In this document: in pieces, positions 38,848-51,145 of the stretch
Numbering within the stretch: the first letter of the stretch is position 1
How the letters are laid out: every line of letters starts with the position of its first letter
NCBI GenBank assembly: GCA_021613535.1
Contig: CP075493.1
Coordinates: forward strand, 16,492,001-16,556,000
DNA: 64,000 bases
Direction: 5' to 3'
Source: Adineta vaga
Lineage: Eukaryota > Animalia > Rotifera
The notes under the pieces: generated by a model
The model's database searches: none
Told to the model about the DNA's origin: nothing
The model's input: the letters and a program-made list of their open reading frames with translations, nothing else
Program-made: the position numbers and the translations under genes

Positions 38848-40928
38848 TTCACGTTCAAGCATGTACTCTTTGTCAACAATACAACTACAATCGTCAGAAA
38901 AAGCCAGGTCATCTTTACCCTATTCCTCCCACCAACATTCCATACTCCGTGATCAGCATGGATTTTTGTGATCCTTTCGTTGAGACTCCTCGTCAGAATA
39001 AATTTGTACTCATAATTTCTGATTTTTTCACACGTCATGTGACAGCTGTCGCCACTCCGACTAATACCGCAGAAATCACTGCTATGGCACTCTATCGCGA
39101 AATCTTTTGTCGTTATGGAGTCTGTTCTACATTGCTTACTGATCAGGGTACCCATTTCAACAACAATCTCATGCGCGCGCTCACTCATCTCTTTGGTTAC
39201 AATCACATATACAGCACTGCCTACCATCCTCAAACAAATACAGTCACGGAACGTTTCAATGCGTCATTTAAGGTACAAATTGCTAAACTCGAAGACAAAC
39301 ACCATCACAACTGGGATGACTACCTCGACCCTGTTGTTTTTGCATACAACACTTCAAAACATAAAACTACACAATTTTCACCTTTTGAACTACTTTTTGG
39401 TCGTTTACCGCAATTACCCATTGATCCTCGTCCACTATCCTATACTTTTGCTCGGCCGAATATTTGCTTTGAAAATCTCCAAAGAGTTCTCCAAGTTTAC
39501 CACCAACAAGCTGAGACTAACATTCTAGTACAACAACAATCCAATAAAGTACGTTATGATAAACATCGATCTGATCCTCATTTTCAAATTGGCGACCACG
39601 TCTTTACCTAAATTTTTACTGCACGTGGCTGATTAGATTCTCGTTATTCTTCGGAACCACATATTATCACTGAAGTACGTCATCCTACTTATTTTATTCT
39701 CAATGAGTCTACCGGCATTGTCAAACTTTTTCACGTTTCTGACATACGTTCCGTTATTTTAGCCTATAACTTAGATTATAGCATCTAGTAACGTACTTCT
39801 TACCTTGAACTCCATCATAGTACCGCTTTGAACATAATCATTTTTTAACCACTTCACATATAATCTTTTTTATGTGATCATGGCGAACATAAACAACAAA
39901 TGGTATTTATCTTTTATCCCTACTCATATTATTCTGCCTCCTCACATACCACACTCATTTTCATGATATACGTACGAGCACAATCTTCATTTTACTTAAT
40001 CATTTTCTTTTTCTTTGCCACTCTGTTTTATGCTTAATATTGTTCTCTTTTTACATTACTGATGTCAAGTCTCATTCTTTCAATACTTATTCTCGCTGCT
40101 GTTTTTATACCAACTGTCGCTGTGTTTCTTTTTAGTCAACCTAAGTTAGAATGTAAGCCCTGTGTTTATCATCCGGAGTGTCACTGCGACATTAAATGTG
40201 TTCAAAAACAGATCATGCACGAATGTAATCTTGGAGTCGATAGTCACAACGTGTTGGCATCCCATTATACATCAGAAAATCGTACAACTCGCGTTATTTT
40301 ACTCCTATCGTTGGTAATCAATTTCCTTCTCATTCTCCTTTTATTATTTCGTAAAGCTATACGCACCTGTTATCGTGCACATCGAGTACGCAAACTGAAT
40401 GAACAACAAGTGGCTGCTCGTCAACAAACTGAATTATATGCCACTGCATTGAAACGAATGCTTACACCATATACTGAACAATCTCCACCACAACGAACCA
40501 CGTCCACCATCACATCCGATGAACCACTTTTTAACTTGCTCTCCACGTGTAATCTAACTGGTCGAAAATGAACTAGTACTCATCAATGAAACCATATCGA
40601 ACGAAAATATTTTTCCTCTCTTTTCGTTTTAGTTTCTTGCCAGAGAAGGGAGGTGTTAGCGATAACTCAGGTCATCACTTCTTCTTATGCGCATTTTATT
40701 AAAAATGTGATCGTATATCACATTTTTTATTTTTCTTTACTTTTTTGTTTGAGTCAAAAATGTAAACAGATATTACATTTTTTCCTTTCTTTTTCTTTTT
40801 CTATATATACGATTCATTTCTTCTTGTAAGGACGGATGTTCCTTGAACAAAGTTAAGTCTATGAGATAAACTCATATACACTCTTGCTTTCTCTCTCTCT
40901 CTCTCTCAGCCTTACAGACAGGCTAACA
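38848..40928 (+). mobile_element. 5'-truncated Ty3/gypsy-like LTR retrotransposon: integrase, extra ORF, PPT and 3' LTR
   Basis: Integrase from the CxxC half of the zinc finger, SMDF..LTDQG..YHPQTN..ERFN, SPFELLFGR, with a premature stop at 39611. PPT AGAGAAGGGAGG at 40642-40653. LTR 40654-40928 bounded by TGTTAGC..GCTAACA. Confidence 0.88.
40062..40571 (+). CDS. Retrotransposon accessory ORF in the env position: small membrane protein
   Basis: Hydrophobic N-terminal segment, short Cys-rich domain, TM helix and basic tail (RKAIRTCYRAHRVRK); lies between integrase and PPT. Confidence 0.65.
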   Translation: MSSLILSILILAAVFIPTVAVFLFSQPKLECKPCVYHPECHCDIKCVQKQIMHECNLGVDSHNVLASHYTSENRTTRVILLLSLVINFLLILLLLFRKAIRTCYRAHRVRKLNEQQVAARQQTELYATALKRMLTPYTEQSPPQRTTSTITSDEPLFNLLSTCNLTGRK

Positions 40929-42573
40929 GAAAAGGAAAAAGATAAAGTGAAAATGAATTCATTTGAAAAACAACACACAAAATACCAGTTTCTCCTAAAT
41001 ACGACCCAGATGATATACTTTTACTAGCCAATTTTCCTGATACATTCTAATTTTTATTTCTTTTCCCCCTTTCTTTTATTCTTTCTTTTGTTCTCTCTTT
41101 CTTCCTTTCCCTCTTCCCCTCTCCTCCTTCTCTCTCTCTTCTCTCTTTCTGGTCACACGTTCTTCTTATCTGTATAATAATACCATAATAAATGATTGAT
41201 TAATTGAAAAATAATGTTTGTAAATTTTCATTGGTAGATTTTCTGTATTATTTTTTTTCTCTTTGGTGTCGTCTCTTCTTCATTAGCAGTAGTCAATTAA
41301 CATTCACATGTGACATTATTTTCTTTCATTGAATAGTATTCTAAAATCGGTTTATCTCAGAAAAGAAATGATCTATTTTCCCATGTTTTCTCTCTACAAT
41401 ATCTATCCTCTACTCTTTTTTTCTCTCTTTACAATTTTCTGTGTCCTCCTCCAACTAATTATGTTTCGTTCTGTCAGGACCCTAGAGGTCGCCAGTTATT
41501 GCAAATAATTTTAAAAAAATACCAGTTTCTAATACCAAATGTACGCGTAATATCAGTTGTAATTCTGTCATCAGCAAAACAAATGACATACTATATGACC
41601 ATGATATATTTACTGTTTCCTTAAACAACAACAAAATCATCTACAAACAATATCAAGATAATCAAGGAATTCACGTCAAATTCAACATGACTCGCGCAGT
41701 TGACCTTGACTTAACAACACAAGAACTTAAACAACAAAATATTAACGGCCAAAGCAACCACGCCAATGTTCAAATTCACAAAGATCCAGGTGGTCTCGGG
41801 ATTGATCTCAATGCAACACTAGCTGCCTCTTCATCAAACAATATTACTATCAATATACGTCAATAAACATTAATAGACATTTTAATCATAATGCATACTT
41901 TAAAAAATTATATTAGAAATTAGTAGAATTAAAGAAATAAATTGTACTTCAATACCATAAAAGAAATGTTTCGTTTTTCCGATGAACTACTAATATGTTC
42001 CCAACAATTTCAAATTCATACAAAAAATTTCTACTTAATAAACATAGAAAGTTCCTAAAACTTTTTATGAGAATTCTATCACATACACGTAGATAACGAC
42101 TCAATCGATCATAGCCATATCAATAAGACGAAACATAAAAACAAAAATCAATAATTTTCTTCCATACTATCAAACAGACGTTTCATAAAATCTTTTTCAA
42201 GTACCCTCAGAATCATAATATATGTCAATTTTCTTTCGATAGGATATTTCAGCATCCGATCTCGTTGATGGTGCAATTGGAATTATAATTCTATCATTTA
42301 AAATAAAGACTTTGCGCGTACTATTCACTTCAATGATACTCATGCAATGGATGATGAAGAATGAAATTTCTGTTGGACCTTGATTAAGTGTAATTTTTTG
42401 GAAGTTTTATTATATAATGAAATACTATAGTTTGAGTTGCTTAGGTGAAGATGGAAAGAGTTATCTGATATTGAGTTATATTGTATTTTTTTATCGTTAG
42501 TTTAGGATTGTTTGTGTCTGTTGAATTTCGTTGCTTTCGAAATTATGTTTTCTTAAAGAAGTTCATCTGAAAA

Positions 42574-42925
42574 ACGTAATGAAAGTTAGCAGCGGATTCG
42601 AGTATTCCCTGCTGATATTCGCTTGTGGACTTGTGATGAGTCTATAAGTGGTTGTGATGGATGTAGAATTCAATTCTCTATCGAATGGTGTAGTTTTCAA
42701 AAAGGTTTGTCGGAAGAAGAGGGGCGTGAGGGAAAGGGTCACAGCATATCCCAGTATTTGGGCCAACCTCTCCCCCCTTTTTCCTCCGACAAACCTTTTT
42801 GAAAACTACACCATTCGATAGAGAATTGAATTCTGCATCCATCACAACCAATTATAGACTCATCACAAGTCCACAAGCGAATATCAGCAGGGAATACTCG
42901 AATCCGCTGCTAACTTTCATTACGT
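42574..42925. mobile_element. Young Mutator-like foldback MITE (352 bp) with 9-bp TSD ATCTGAAAA
   Basis: Near-perfect ~140-bp inverted arms ACGTAATGAAAG..CTTTCATTACGT; ATCTGAAAA at 42565-42573 and 42926-42934. Confidence 0.9.
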
Positions 42926-43133
42926 ATCTGAAAAAAGTTTTAAGACTTATACGCGCCATTATTTCTTTGTTCTTATTCTTCTATATGGAATGAGTCATTG
43001 CAATATATTGAGACTGATTTGGAACTATTTAGATTAAATTTATTTTATATCTTAGATGATTTTTGAAAGTATGTAGATAAGAGATTTTGTTAGTTCTTCT
43101 TGCTGTAAAAAATGAAAATAACGAAGAATACGT

Positions 43134-43200
43134 AAGGGTGTGGGTGTGGGTGTGGTCGCAGTATTCATGTTCATCCCACACCCACACCCACCCCTCAAGA
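43134..43200. repeat. Representative copy of the dispersed telomere-like hairpin family
   Basis: AAGGGTGTGGGTGTGGGTGTGG-TCGCAGTATTCATGTTCAT-CCCACACCCACACCCACCCCTCAAGA. Related copies occur across the window (see findings). Confidence 0.9.
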
Positions 43201-43532
43201 TGGATTTTCTCAGTGAATATGAAGAGGATGCGTTTCGACGAGAAAGAGCCAAGTGTCTCCAGAGGTGAAATCCTTGTTGAACACCATTATGCAAAATGAC
43301 TGATTCGAATCTATTCATGTCAAGAAAACCGAAAGAATATTACCTTCGTTTTATTTGTACGCGCAAGTTTATTTGATATCGGTCAAAGATAAGGAAAGGG
43401 AAGAGGTTTCTAATTAAATCCTACGACAATTAGACAAACTCATACGAACAACAGATCAAAAGCGGTGTGAACTGAAAATATAATCATCATCCTTTTCTCA
43501 TCATTAAAACTACTTGATGAAAAAATTCACAG

Positions 43533-44537
43533 TTAGATAGTTCGTTGAGCTTCAGCTGAAGTATTAACCGTCCCCACATTTTTCTGATGTGTAATGACAT
43601 CCCCGATCGGTTGCCCTTTTTTCATCCTGAATATCTTGTTCACAGTAGCTCGATATCTTGATGATTGTAAATAGTAAACATAAAAGCTTGTAGACAACAT
43701 CGAATAGTTGATTAAATAGATGATTGACTGTGCCAGATTCTGTATCGTCTGTTGCATAGTATTCTTTTGCCAATATATTGTGACCTGTTGATAGACAAAG
43801 TAGATGAACAAAGTTATTGATTGAAAGAAAAAAACAATGATCTGTATGAGCAGCATTCTTGCTAGCTGGGTGTCCATACGTTGTCTACGAGTGTTTCGAG
43901 CAACCACCTCGACTGGATAAACGGATACTCGAAGATTCTGATAAGTCTTGTATCCAGCAATTGAGAGAACGAGCAGTGGTGCCACGGTCATCATACAAGA
44001 AAACAAAAAGTACGTCAGATATTTCTTATAGGTTTCCGAAGAAACGCATGCACCAGAAGCACTATCAATATACCAGTATGGCAGATCGGGAATTGCGAGA
44101 CACATTGATAATACAATGATAACAACAATTGACCAGTTGGCCACTTTCATTGCACTCCACTTTCGACGACTGGTTTGACGAGATGAACACAAGTAACGAT
44201 CCACTGATGCTAGACAAAGTGTCCACGCTGAAATTAAATAACATACATCAATCAGGTAGTTGTCGATTTTACACCAAGCAAGCGAAGATTCCGTGCCTTT
44301 TTTACCATAAGTCAAACCAATGATAAATGGTAAAATAGTGATGAGTAGACAGACATTATTGGAAATATCCCCTACTAAGAGATACCGTGAACAAACACTA
44401 TCTTTTAACTTTGTTGCGAACATGAAAATATTGAACGTGTTGCCGAACCAACCTGTGGCAAGGATAACAATGTAACCATAGAGTCTCGTTTGAGTTCTAA
44501 TATAGTTAAGAGTACTGATTGTTGCCGATTGGGACAT
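43533..44537 (-). CDS. Intronless 7TM class A-like GPCR
   Basis: Seven hydrophobic segments, GN in TM1, WCK, ASVDRY, SFYVYY..YR. Likely start MSQSATIS. Confidence 0.85.
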   Translation of the reverse strand: MSQSATISTLNYIRTQTRLYGYIVILATGWFGNTFNIFMFATKLKDSVCSRYLLVGDISNNVCLLITILPFIIGLTYGKKGTESSLAWCKIDNYLIDVCYLISAWTLCLASVDRYLCSSRQTSRRKWSAMKVANWSIVVIIVLSMCLAIPDLPYWYIDSASGACVSSETYKKYLTYFLFSCMMTVAPLLVLSIAGYKTYQNLRVSVYPVEVVARNTRRQRMDTQLARMLLIQIIVFFFQSITLFIYFVYQQVTIYWQKNTMQQTIQNLAQSIIYLINYSMLSTSFYVYYLQSSRYRATVNKIFRMKKGQPIGDVITHQKNVGTVNTSAEAQRTI

Positions 44538-44939
44538 TATGTTCAGAGATATGGAGCACAAAGAGTTCGATAGGCAGCTGACAACTGTTGATGAAAGTGA
44601 TGGCGCTCCGAATGAGAGAGACACTCTGATTATTTCTCCGTAATTCTAATGCTTCTTCGAGTCTTTTTAATGAGATTTATGCGGGTGCTTTTAACTATGA
44701 TGAAAAGTAAACTTAATGAAATACTAAAATAGAGATTAAAGAAGCAGCAGGCGCTTCATCAAATTCATTTAATTGCTTAGTTCAACTTCAAACAAACTAC
44801 TCTCTTATGTGATCCATATCTTCTGTTTTGTGAACAGTTTTTCTTGATCCATTCGTCCTGATGTGAGCCGCTGGTGGCTCACGGTATATTCTTGAGGGTG
44901 TGGGTGTTTGTCAGGCTATACTCTTAACCCACATCGTCA

Positions 44940-45680
44940 ATTATCAATTTTCAACAAAGTTCAAAATCTAGTATCTGATTTTACTTGTCTCAAAACATTC
45001 GAATATTGTATTCAAAATGATCATTCACCTAATTCATACTTTCCGAATTTCGAACAAGTTTTCAATTCAACTTTCTTAATATTTACTTTGCCTAAACCTC
45101 AATGGATTGGTGTAAATGAATGTCGACCATTACTCGCATACAGTGCTTATGACAGTTTCACTTTTCAAGACTTTTGCAAAAGTCGAGCTTTGTATAACTG
45201 TGAAGAACTTCGAATAACTCAGTATACTGCACTTGTTCTAAGTGAATACGAGCTGAGTAATAATCTTCAATATATCAATCTTTTGAAATTATTTATATGC
45301 GCAATTGAAGATATTTCATTAGATATACATTGACTTCTGGGAAAATTGATACCTCTTGCTATTAATTTGCACTTTTTATGTGACAGTGACAAATGCAGAT
45401 AAAACTATAAAATATCTGCATGAAATAATTCCGAAAAAATCAAAACAAATGAATCATTTCGAACTTTATCTTTATTCTGAACAACTATTTACTGACGATG
45501 CATGGTTATTATGCGTGTTTAATTCAATTTATCGATTGTGTAAAACGTGATTTTTGAAAACTAACTCATTTGACAATTGGAATGCGCTCATTAAAATCCA
45601 CTAATAAAATGAATTTGTTGAATTCAAACAAGAATTGAACGAATTGACAACAACATTGCATTATATCGAAGAACAAGAAA
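44940..45680 (+). pseudogene. Degenerate gene fragment beginning at a hairpin element
   Basis: Coding-like ORFs 44908-45333 and 45356-45550 interrupted by stops; no convincing start codon. Confidence 0.3.
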
Positions 45681-46806
45681 ATTATTTTTATTATTATATG
45701 TTGAAGGTGGGGGTGAGGGTACTACATCTATCTAACATCCACACCCTATTTTAATCGAATAGAGAATATTCTGACAATTTTTTTTTCTTCATCTTCTGTC
45801 AATCTGTCGTATAAAAAGAGCAAAAGGACGAAAGATAATTGTATGCCAATTATAATTTATAATTCAAACTAGATGAACATGAATGCAGCAAAAAGAAAAA
45901 GATAATTTTTATGATAAAAATATATTTTGTTTGTTTGATATATTTTTTTGAACTTTCATCTGAATTAAAAATTATATCTCGAACGAAGTGTTTATATAAC
46001 TACGCCAATAAATATAATTTTATCTCAATCATGAGTTTTATAATATAAAAGCGAATACACAGTAGAATATTTTGTCCTCATCCTCACTTGGAATCTTGTG
46101 TGCTCTATAACCTTTTTTCTCACTGTCATAGTGCAGGTGATAGTAGAATTTGACTTGACCTAAATATTAGATAAAACTTAATCTTTTGCTTTTTTGTCTC
46201 ACTTGTATGAAAGTTCCATCTGAGTTACAAATAATAAGGGTGGGTGTGGATGTGGAATTAACAGAACAGCTACGCCTACACCTTCAAGAAGCTAAGATTC
46301 TGCTAAAATGACTATAGCTGTTCAGAAAAGGTCTAAGGATATGTATTCTTTTGGGGTTTTTCATACCTCATCAACATCTACTTATCGCCAAAAGATGGAA
46401 TGTAAACTCTTTGATCACCTAAATGTATTCTCTTGTCAACAATCATTCATGCGACCTACTTCAACTATATTTGCAAAAGCTGTTTGTGATCACGTTGGAG
46501 CAAAGAATATTATTGTTCCTTATTGGCCACATTTGATTCTTATTTGGATATTTGGTATAATGCCAACTAGTTGGATTGACTTTATTTCTAAAAAGACTTG
46601 AGGAAATATCAAAGAAAAAAAAACATGATTAATTAAGAAAAATAAATAGAAAACAAAAGGATAAGTGTGAATGTTTCTCTTAACTTCATTGCTGCACCCG
46701 CGCCCACGCCAACAATCATTGTTATAGAAACTAGATCAAATAGTCTACTTAGAACGGTTGAAAATATAAAACCAAAGAAACTGTGAAAAGTTAATCTGCA
46801 AGATGT

Positions 46807-46961
46807 GAGTGGTGTCACATATCCCGCAGATCGGAGATGCATCCTCACTCTTCGATGTGCGCATATCCCGCACAAAATATTGCATCTCCCGCTGGATACT
46901 AGGTCTTCTCCTGAGAGAGATGAGGGTGCATCCCCGATCTGCGGGATATGTGACACTGCTG
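46807..46961. mobile_element. ~155-bp hairpin MITE
   Basis: GTGTCACATATCCCGCAGATCGGAGATGCATCCTCA / TGAGGGTGCATCCCCGATCTGCGGGATATGTGACAC. Confidence 0.75.
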
Positions 46962-47775
46962 GAAGACCAATTCGATCAATTCAATTTTCCTTCTTTTATC
47001 TTTGTTGATCGTGAGCAATCAGTTTGTTTCCGATTTTGACAACTATCGAATATCGTGTTGGAGTGAAGATGAAATTGTTGTTCTTGGAAATAAACAAGGA
47101 GAACTTCTTCATATAATCTAAATTCACCCACACCTTCACAATTTCTTCAAATGAGAATGAAGAAAAATATCTATCGAAAAATTTAAATTGATAAATGTTT
47201 GTTTGAATAATGTTAGATGTGTGGCGTAGCCATTTCTGTGTCATTTTTGGCTTTATAGACGATTTATTGTGATGTTGATAAATAGAAATTTTTAAATTAA
47301 AATACTTCAAATTTTATCTAACGACAATAAATGAACTATCTTTCTCTGTTTATTGATTTTCGTGCGAAGATTTGTGTATATTTCATTCAATCTGAATTCA
47401 CTCTATCAATAATATAAATAATGTGATAATATACTTTATCGTACTATCTTTTTCTTTTAGTCATTTTTTTGCAATATATCATCAAATGAAGAACGCGTGT
47501 GTTTGGAACTGGAGTAAGTGGAAATATCGGAAAAAAAACTTGTTAAAGGTTTGATAATAGAAACAAATCTACACAACAAGTGATATATTGGCCACACCCA
47601 CACCCTCAAGACCTGTTTATACTCGATAAACGAACAATTATACTTGAGTCAATATTCACATTCTATTTTTAATCTATATTTTTGTACAAAATAAAACAAA
47701 TAACAAAAAACATTTTCCCTGAAAATCGAATTGATTTGCCTATAGAAACAGTTTGCATTTTAATCCATCGATTTC

Positions 47776-49106
47776 TCATTTTTCTTCTACCTGAGTGAAT
47801 TCTATTAATGATCTCAATAATGAAGAAAGATTTTGTAAAAGATTATCAGTTTGATGATTCAATTGTTGCAAATGATCATTTTGTTCTTGGTCATTTTTCA
47901 AAAGAAAATATTTTCCATTAGTATTCAATTGTTCGATCATAAATTTCATTGAAATATGAAGTGCTTGACATAATTGATGAATTAATTTCATTTGTCGATA
48001 ACATTCATTCACAATTGAAGATTTTCGTCTTATCAAATTTATTTGATCATCTTTACAATTCAACAATTCTTCATTGATAACCTAAGACAAAATCAATTTA
48101 TTTTAAAATATCAAGAGCGAGAGAAGAAATCGAAACAAACTTGTTTAGTAAATTGAATATGTCGTGAAAGTATCGCTAAGAATTGATGAAAATGTGACCA
48201 ATATTTGTATAATTTATCCATTTCTTCGATAATTTCCTCTAAAAATTCTAAATCATATTCTTGTTCAATTTGTTCAAATTGAAGAGTTTGATTTTGGTCA
48301 AATGTTGATTGAAGACATGTATATGCGTGATTATGTTCTTGACGAGCTTTTTTAACAGAGACCAATGCTTTTTCTACATTCTCTTTTGTTTCTTGACGAT
48401 TTTTATATAAAATTAACATTTTATCATAATGTTCTTCAGTGAATTTCTGAAATTTTAATTTAGAATTGATTTCTTCAATTTGTTTATGGATTTGTTCATC
48501 TGAAGGAAATTGATTCAATGTTTCATTGTAAATCATTTTCTTCTTCGAATATGTCGTTGTTAAAATGTGAATGAATTGTGAGTTTTGTTCAAGAGGAAAT
48601 TCATTATAAAATCTTTCAAATATTTCTTTGATATTTGTAATATTCTTCCAAAAGAAATTCAATGTTTCTGTATTAATGAATTCGTTTTGAATACTGTCAA
48701 ACGAAGATAACCAAATTGGAGAATTTTCTAAAATAAGATTATTGATTTGATTGAATTTCTTTAAAAAAATTTTCATATCAATAGATTGTTGAGAAAGAAG
48801 AGAATGAAGTTCAATAAATTCATCATTGGAATTCAGTTGTAAGTTACTTCTAGATGAAAATATTATCAGACGATTCAAATGATTCACAGCTTGAGATCCA
48901 CCATTGAAATGATCAATCCAATCTTTATCTAATTCAAGTTGTGTTGATATTTCTAACTGATTAATCCACCATGAAACGAATATATATAGTAAGAATAATA
49001 GTATTGATAGAATAACGATATTTCCAATTGAAACTATAAAAGACAACAAAAGATTGAATAAAAATAAAGAGATTCTTTTGTATGAAGGGTGTGGGTGTCC
49101 GTTCAT
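47776..49106 (-). CDS. TM-anchored long coiled-coil protein (probable intron ~48083-48138); 5' end abuts a hairpin element
   Basis: N-terminal hydrophobic stretch, then Q/E/K-rich helical sequence across ORFs 48111-49106 and 47776-48066. Confidence 0.55.
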
Positions 49107-49239
49107 TGTATATTCACATCCACACTCATCCCAAAATATTTTTGCCCTTTATAGTGGAGTGTTAAGTTAAATTGATGAGAATTATTTATTTTAAAGATAA
49201 TTAAACTTATATTAGATATCATCTGATTAAAAGAAGAAA

Positions 49240-50118
49240 TTACAAAAGCTCACAGCATTTTCTTTGTTGACGATTACGCTTGTTCGATCTGAAAGTATCT
49301 GGTAGAATTAAACGATTTTCTTCTAATTGTGATTGTTGTCGTTGTTGTTCAATATTAAATGAATTTGTTGCATTTTGAATAAACTGAATAAGATTTCGTC
49401 GATAATCATAAACAGTTTCAAATTGACTAATAACTAATTCTAAATCTTTTCTATTCAATCCATCTTGACTTATCGAACCAGTAAAATAAATTCTTTGATG
49501 AAAATATGGAATAATTGTTTGAAAATTTCGATCATATTTAAGTTCTTCTAGTAGATGATTACGTTGTTGATTATCTTTTAATTCACATCGAGTAATAATT
49601 AAACATAAATATGAACATATTTGTTCACCAAAATGATTGACAAATTTATGTAGAATATCAATATCTTCATTGTTAATTCCTGATTCAAATGATGTACAAA
49701 AACATATCGAATGAATCTGTTTAATATCATTATCAATACAAAATCTATTTATATTATCAATCGATACGTCTTTTTGTCTTGATGATGATCGATTAAAAAG
49801 TTCAGATGTTTCTATAATTGTTAAAGAAAGATCCGAATCAGATAATGAAAATGTTGGATGAAGAATTGTTGAAGGTATTCGTGAAAATAATGTGGAATCA
49901 TTTGGTATATAACAAGGATTTTCTAAAACATTCTTCAAAGTTGTTTTTCCAATATGTTGACGGCCAATAAGAAGAATATTTTTATGTAAATTATTTTGAT
50001 AAGTTCGAATAACTGATGAATTTCTTTGTTTGTCTCTATAACGTTCTGTGATTTCATTGAGTATTGATTCTTTTGTAATGTTATTGTTAGAATTCAATTG
50101 ATTTTGTCGAGAAAACAT
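49240..50118 (-). CDS. AIG1/GIMAP-like GTPase with degenerate G3 (probable pseudo-GTPase), CaaX end
   Basis: ILLIGRQHIGKTT; G3 reads IIETSEL instead of IIDTPGL; shares FESGIN and LIITRCE with its neighbour; ends in CCELL. Confidence 0.8.
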   Translation of the reverse strand: MFSRQNQLNSNNNITKESILNEITERYRDKQRNSSVIRTYQNNLHKNILLIGRQHIGKTTLKNVLENPCYIPNDSTLFSRIPSTILHPTFSLSDSDLSLTIIETSELFNRSSSRQKDVSIDNINRFCIDNDIKQIHSICFCTSFESGINNEDIDILHKFVNHFGEQICSYLCLIITRCELKDNQQRNHLLEELKYDRNFQTIIPYFHQRIYFTGSISQDGLNRKDLELVISQFETVYDYRRNLIQFIQNATNSFNIEQQRQQSQLEENRLILPDTFRSNKRNRQQRKCCELL

Positions 50119-50164
50119 TATCTAAAAGATGCAGAAAAAGAAAAAAAGTGTCTTCCTTTTTCTT

Positions 50165-51145
50165 TTATGAAATGACACAAATGTGATTATTATTATTATT
50201 ATTCTGTTGCTTTAATTTTTCGATCTTTTCTAAAAGTTCTTCACGACTTTTTAAAATTTTTTGTAATTCCGTAAAATCACAATTTTTGATTTCAAATGGA
50301 TCAGTTGCAGTACTGAATAAATTGATTAAATCTGCTCGATACCCACAAATAGTTTCGAATTGATCTTCGATGGTGTCTTTTTGACCTTTAATCCAATTAT
50401 CACGATTTAAAACACCACTAAAATGAATACCTTTTTGAAAATAAGAAGCAATATCTTTGAAATGAATATCATGAACTATTTCTTTGACTAATTTATCACG
50501 TTCTGTTTTATCTTTCGATTCACAACGAGTAATAATTAAACAGGAATTTTTTGAAACATCTTTTCCAAGAAAATTGATCAACAATTTTAAAGATTCAATA
50601 TCTTGATTATTAATACCGGATTCGAATGATGCACAAAAACAAACAAGATGAAATTTTGTAATTTCTCGATTGATACATGTTTGAATTGTATCAAGAATGG
50701 TTTCATTGTCTTGAATATTATCCGATGTTGATCCATGTTCAAATAAACCGGGTGTATCAATAATATTTAACACAGTAACAGCTTCTTCTTGTATATTCTC
50801 TAAATTCGTGTTAATTTCTTCATTATGTGCTTGTTCAACTTGATTTTCTATTGTTATTGGATCAGTTGCTTGGTCTCTTTCGGCTTTTGTACCTTCGACG
50901 ATATATGATTGAAAATCAGCAACTTTTGTTTGGGCATAAAGTGTTGATTCTGCACCGATTTTACGAGGATCGACTAGGACACTTTGTATTGTACTTTTAC
51001 CGGTACGAGTTCGACCAATGAGTAAGATATTCTTAAGAATAACTTTTCTTACTTTGTGTGGAACAAATTTTGCATAAGCTTCATTGACTGACTTGGTAAT
51101 TTCTGCTTGTCGTTCTTCAACACGTTTTGATGATGAAGGAAACAT
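50165..51145 (-). CDS. AIG1/GIMAP-like (septin-related TRAFAC) GTPase, CaaX end
   Basis: ILLIGRTRTGKST (G1), IIDTPGLF (G3), LIITRCE (G4), C-terminal coiled coil, ends in CVIS. Confidence 0.85.
   Translation of the reverse strand: MFPSSSKRVEERQAEITKSVNEAYAKFVPHKVRKVILKNILLIGRTRTGKSTIQSVLVDPRKIGAESTLYAQTKVADFQSYIVEGTKAERDQATDPITIENQVEQAHNEEINTNLENIQEEAVTVLNIIDTPGLFEHGSTSDNIQDNETILDTIQTCINREITKFHLVCFCASFESGINNQDIESLKLLINFLGKDVSKNSCLIITRCESKDKTERDKLVKEIVHDIHFKDIASYFQKGIHFSGVLNRDNWIKGQKDTIEDQFETICGYRADLINLFSTATDPFEIKNCDFTELQKILKSREELLEKIEKLKQQNNNNNNHICVIS

Noticed and set aside
42563-42993. Two near-identical short ORFs on opposite strands
   Set aside because: They are the two arms of the foldback MITE.
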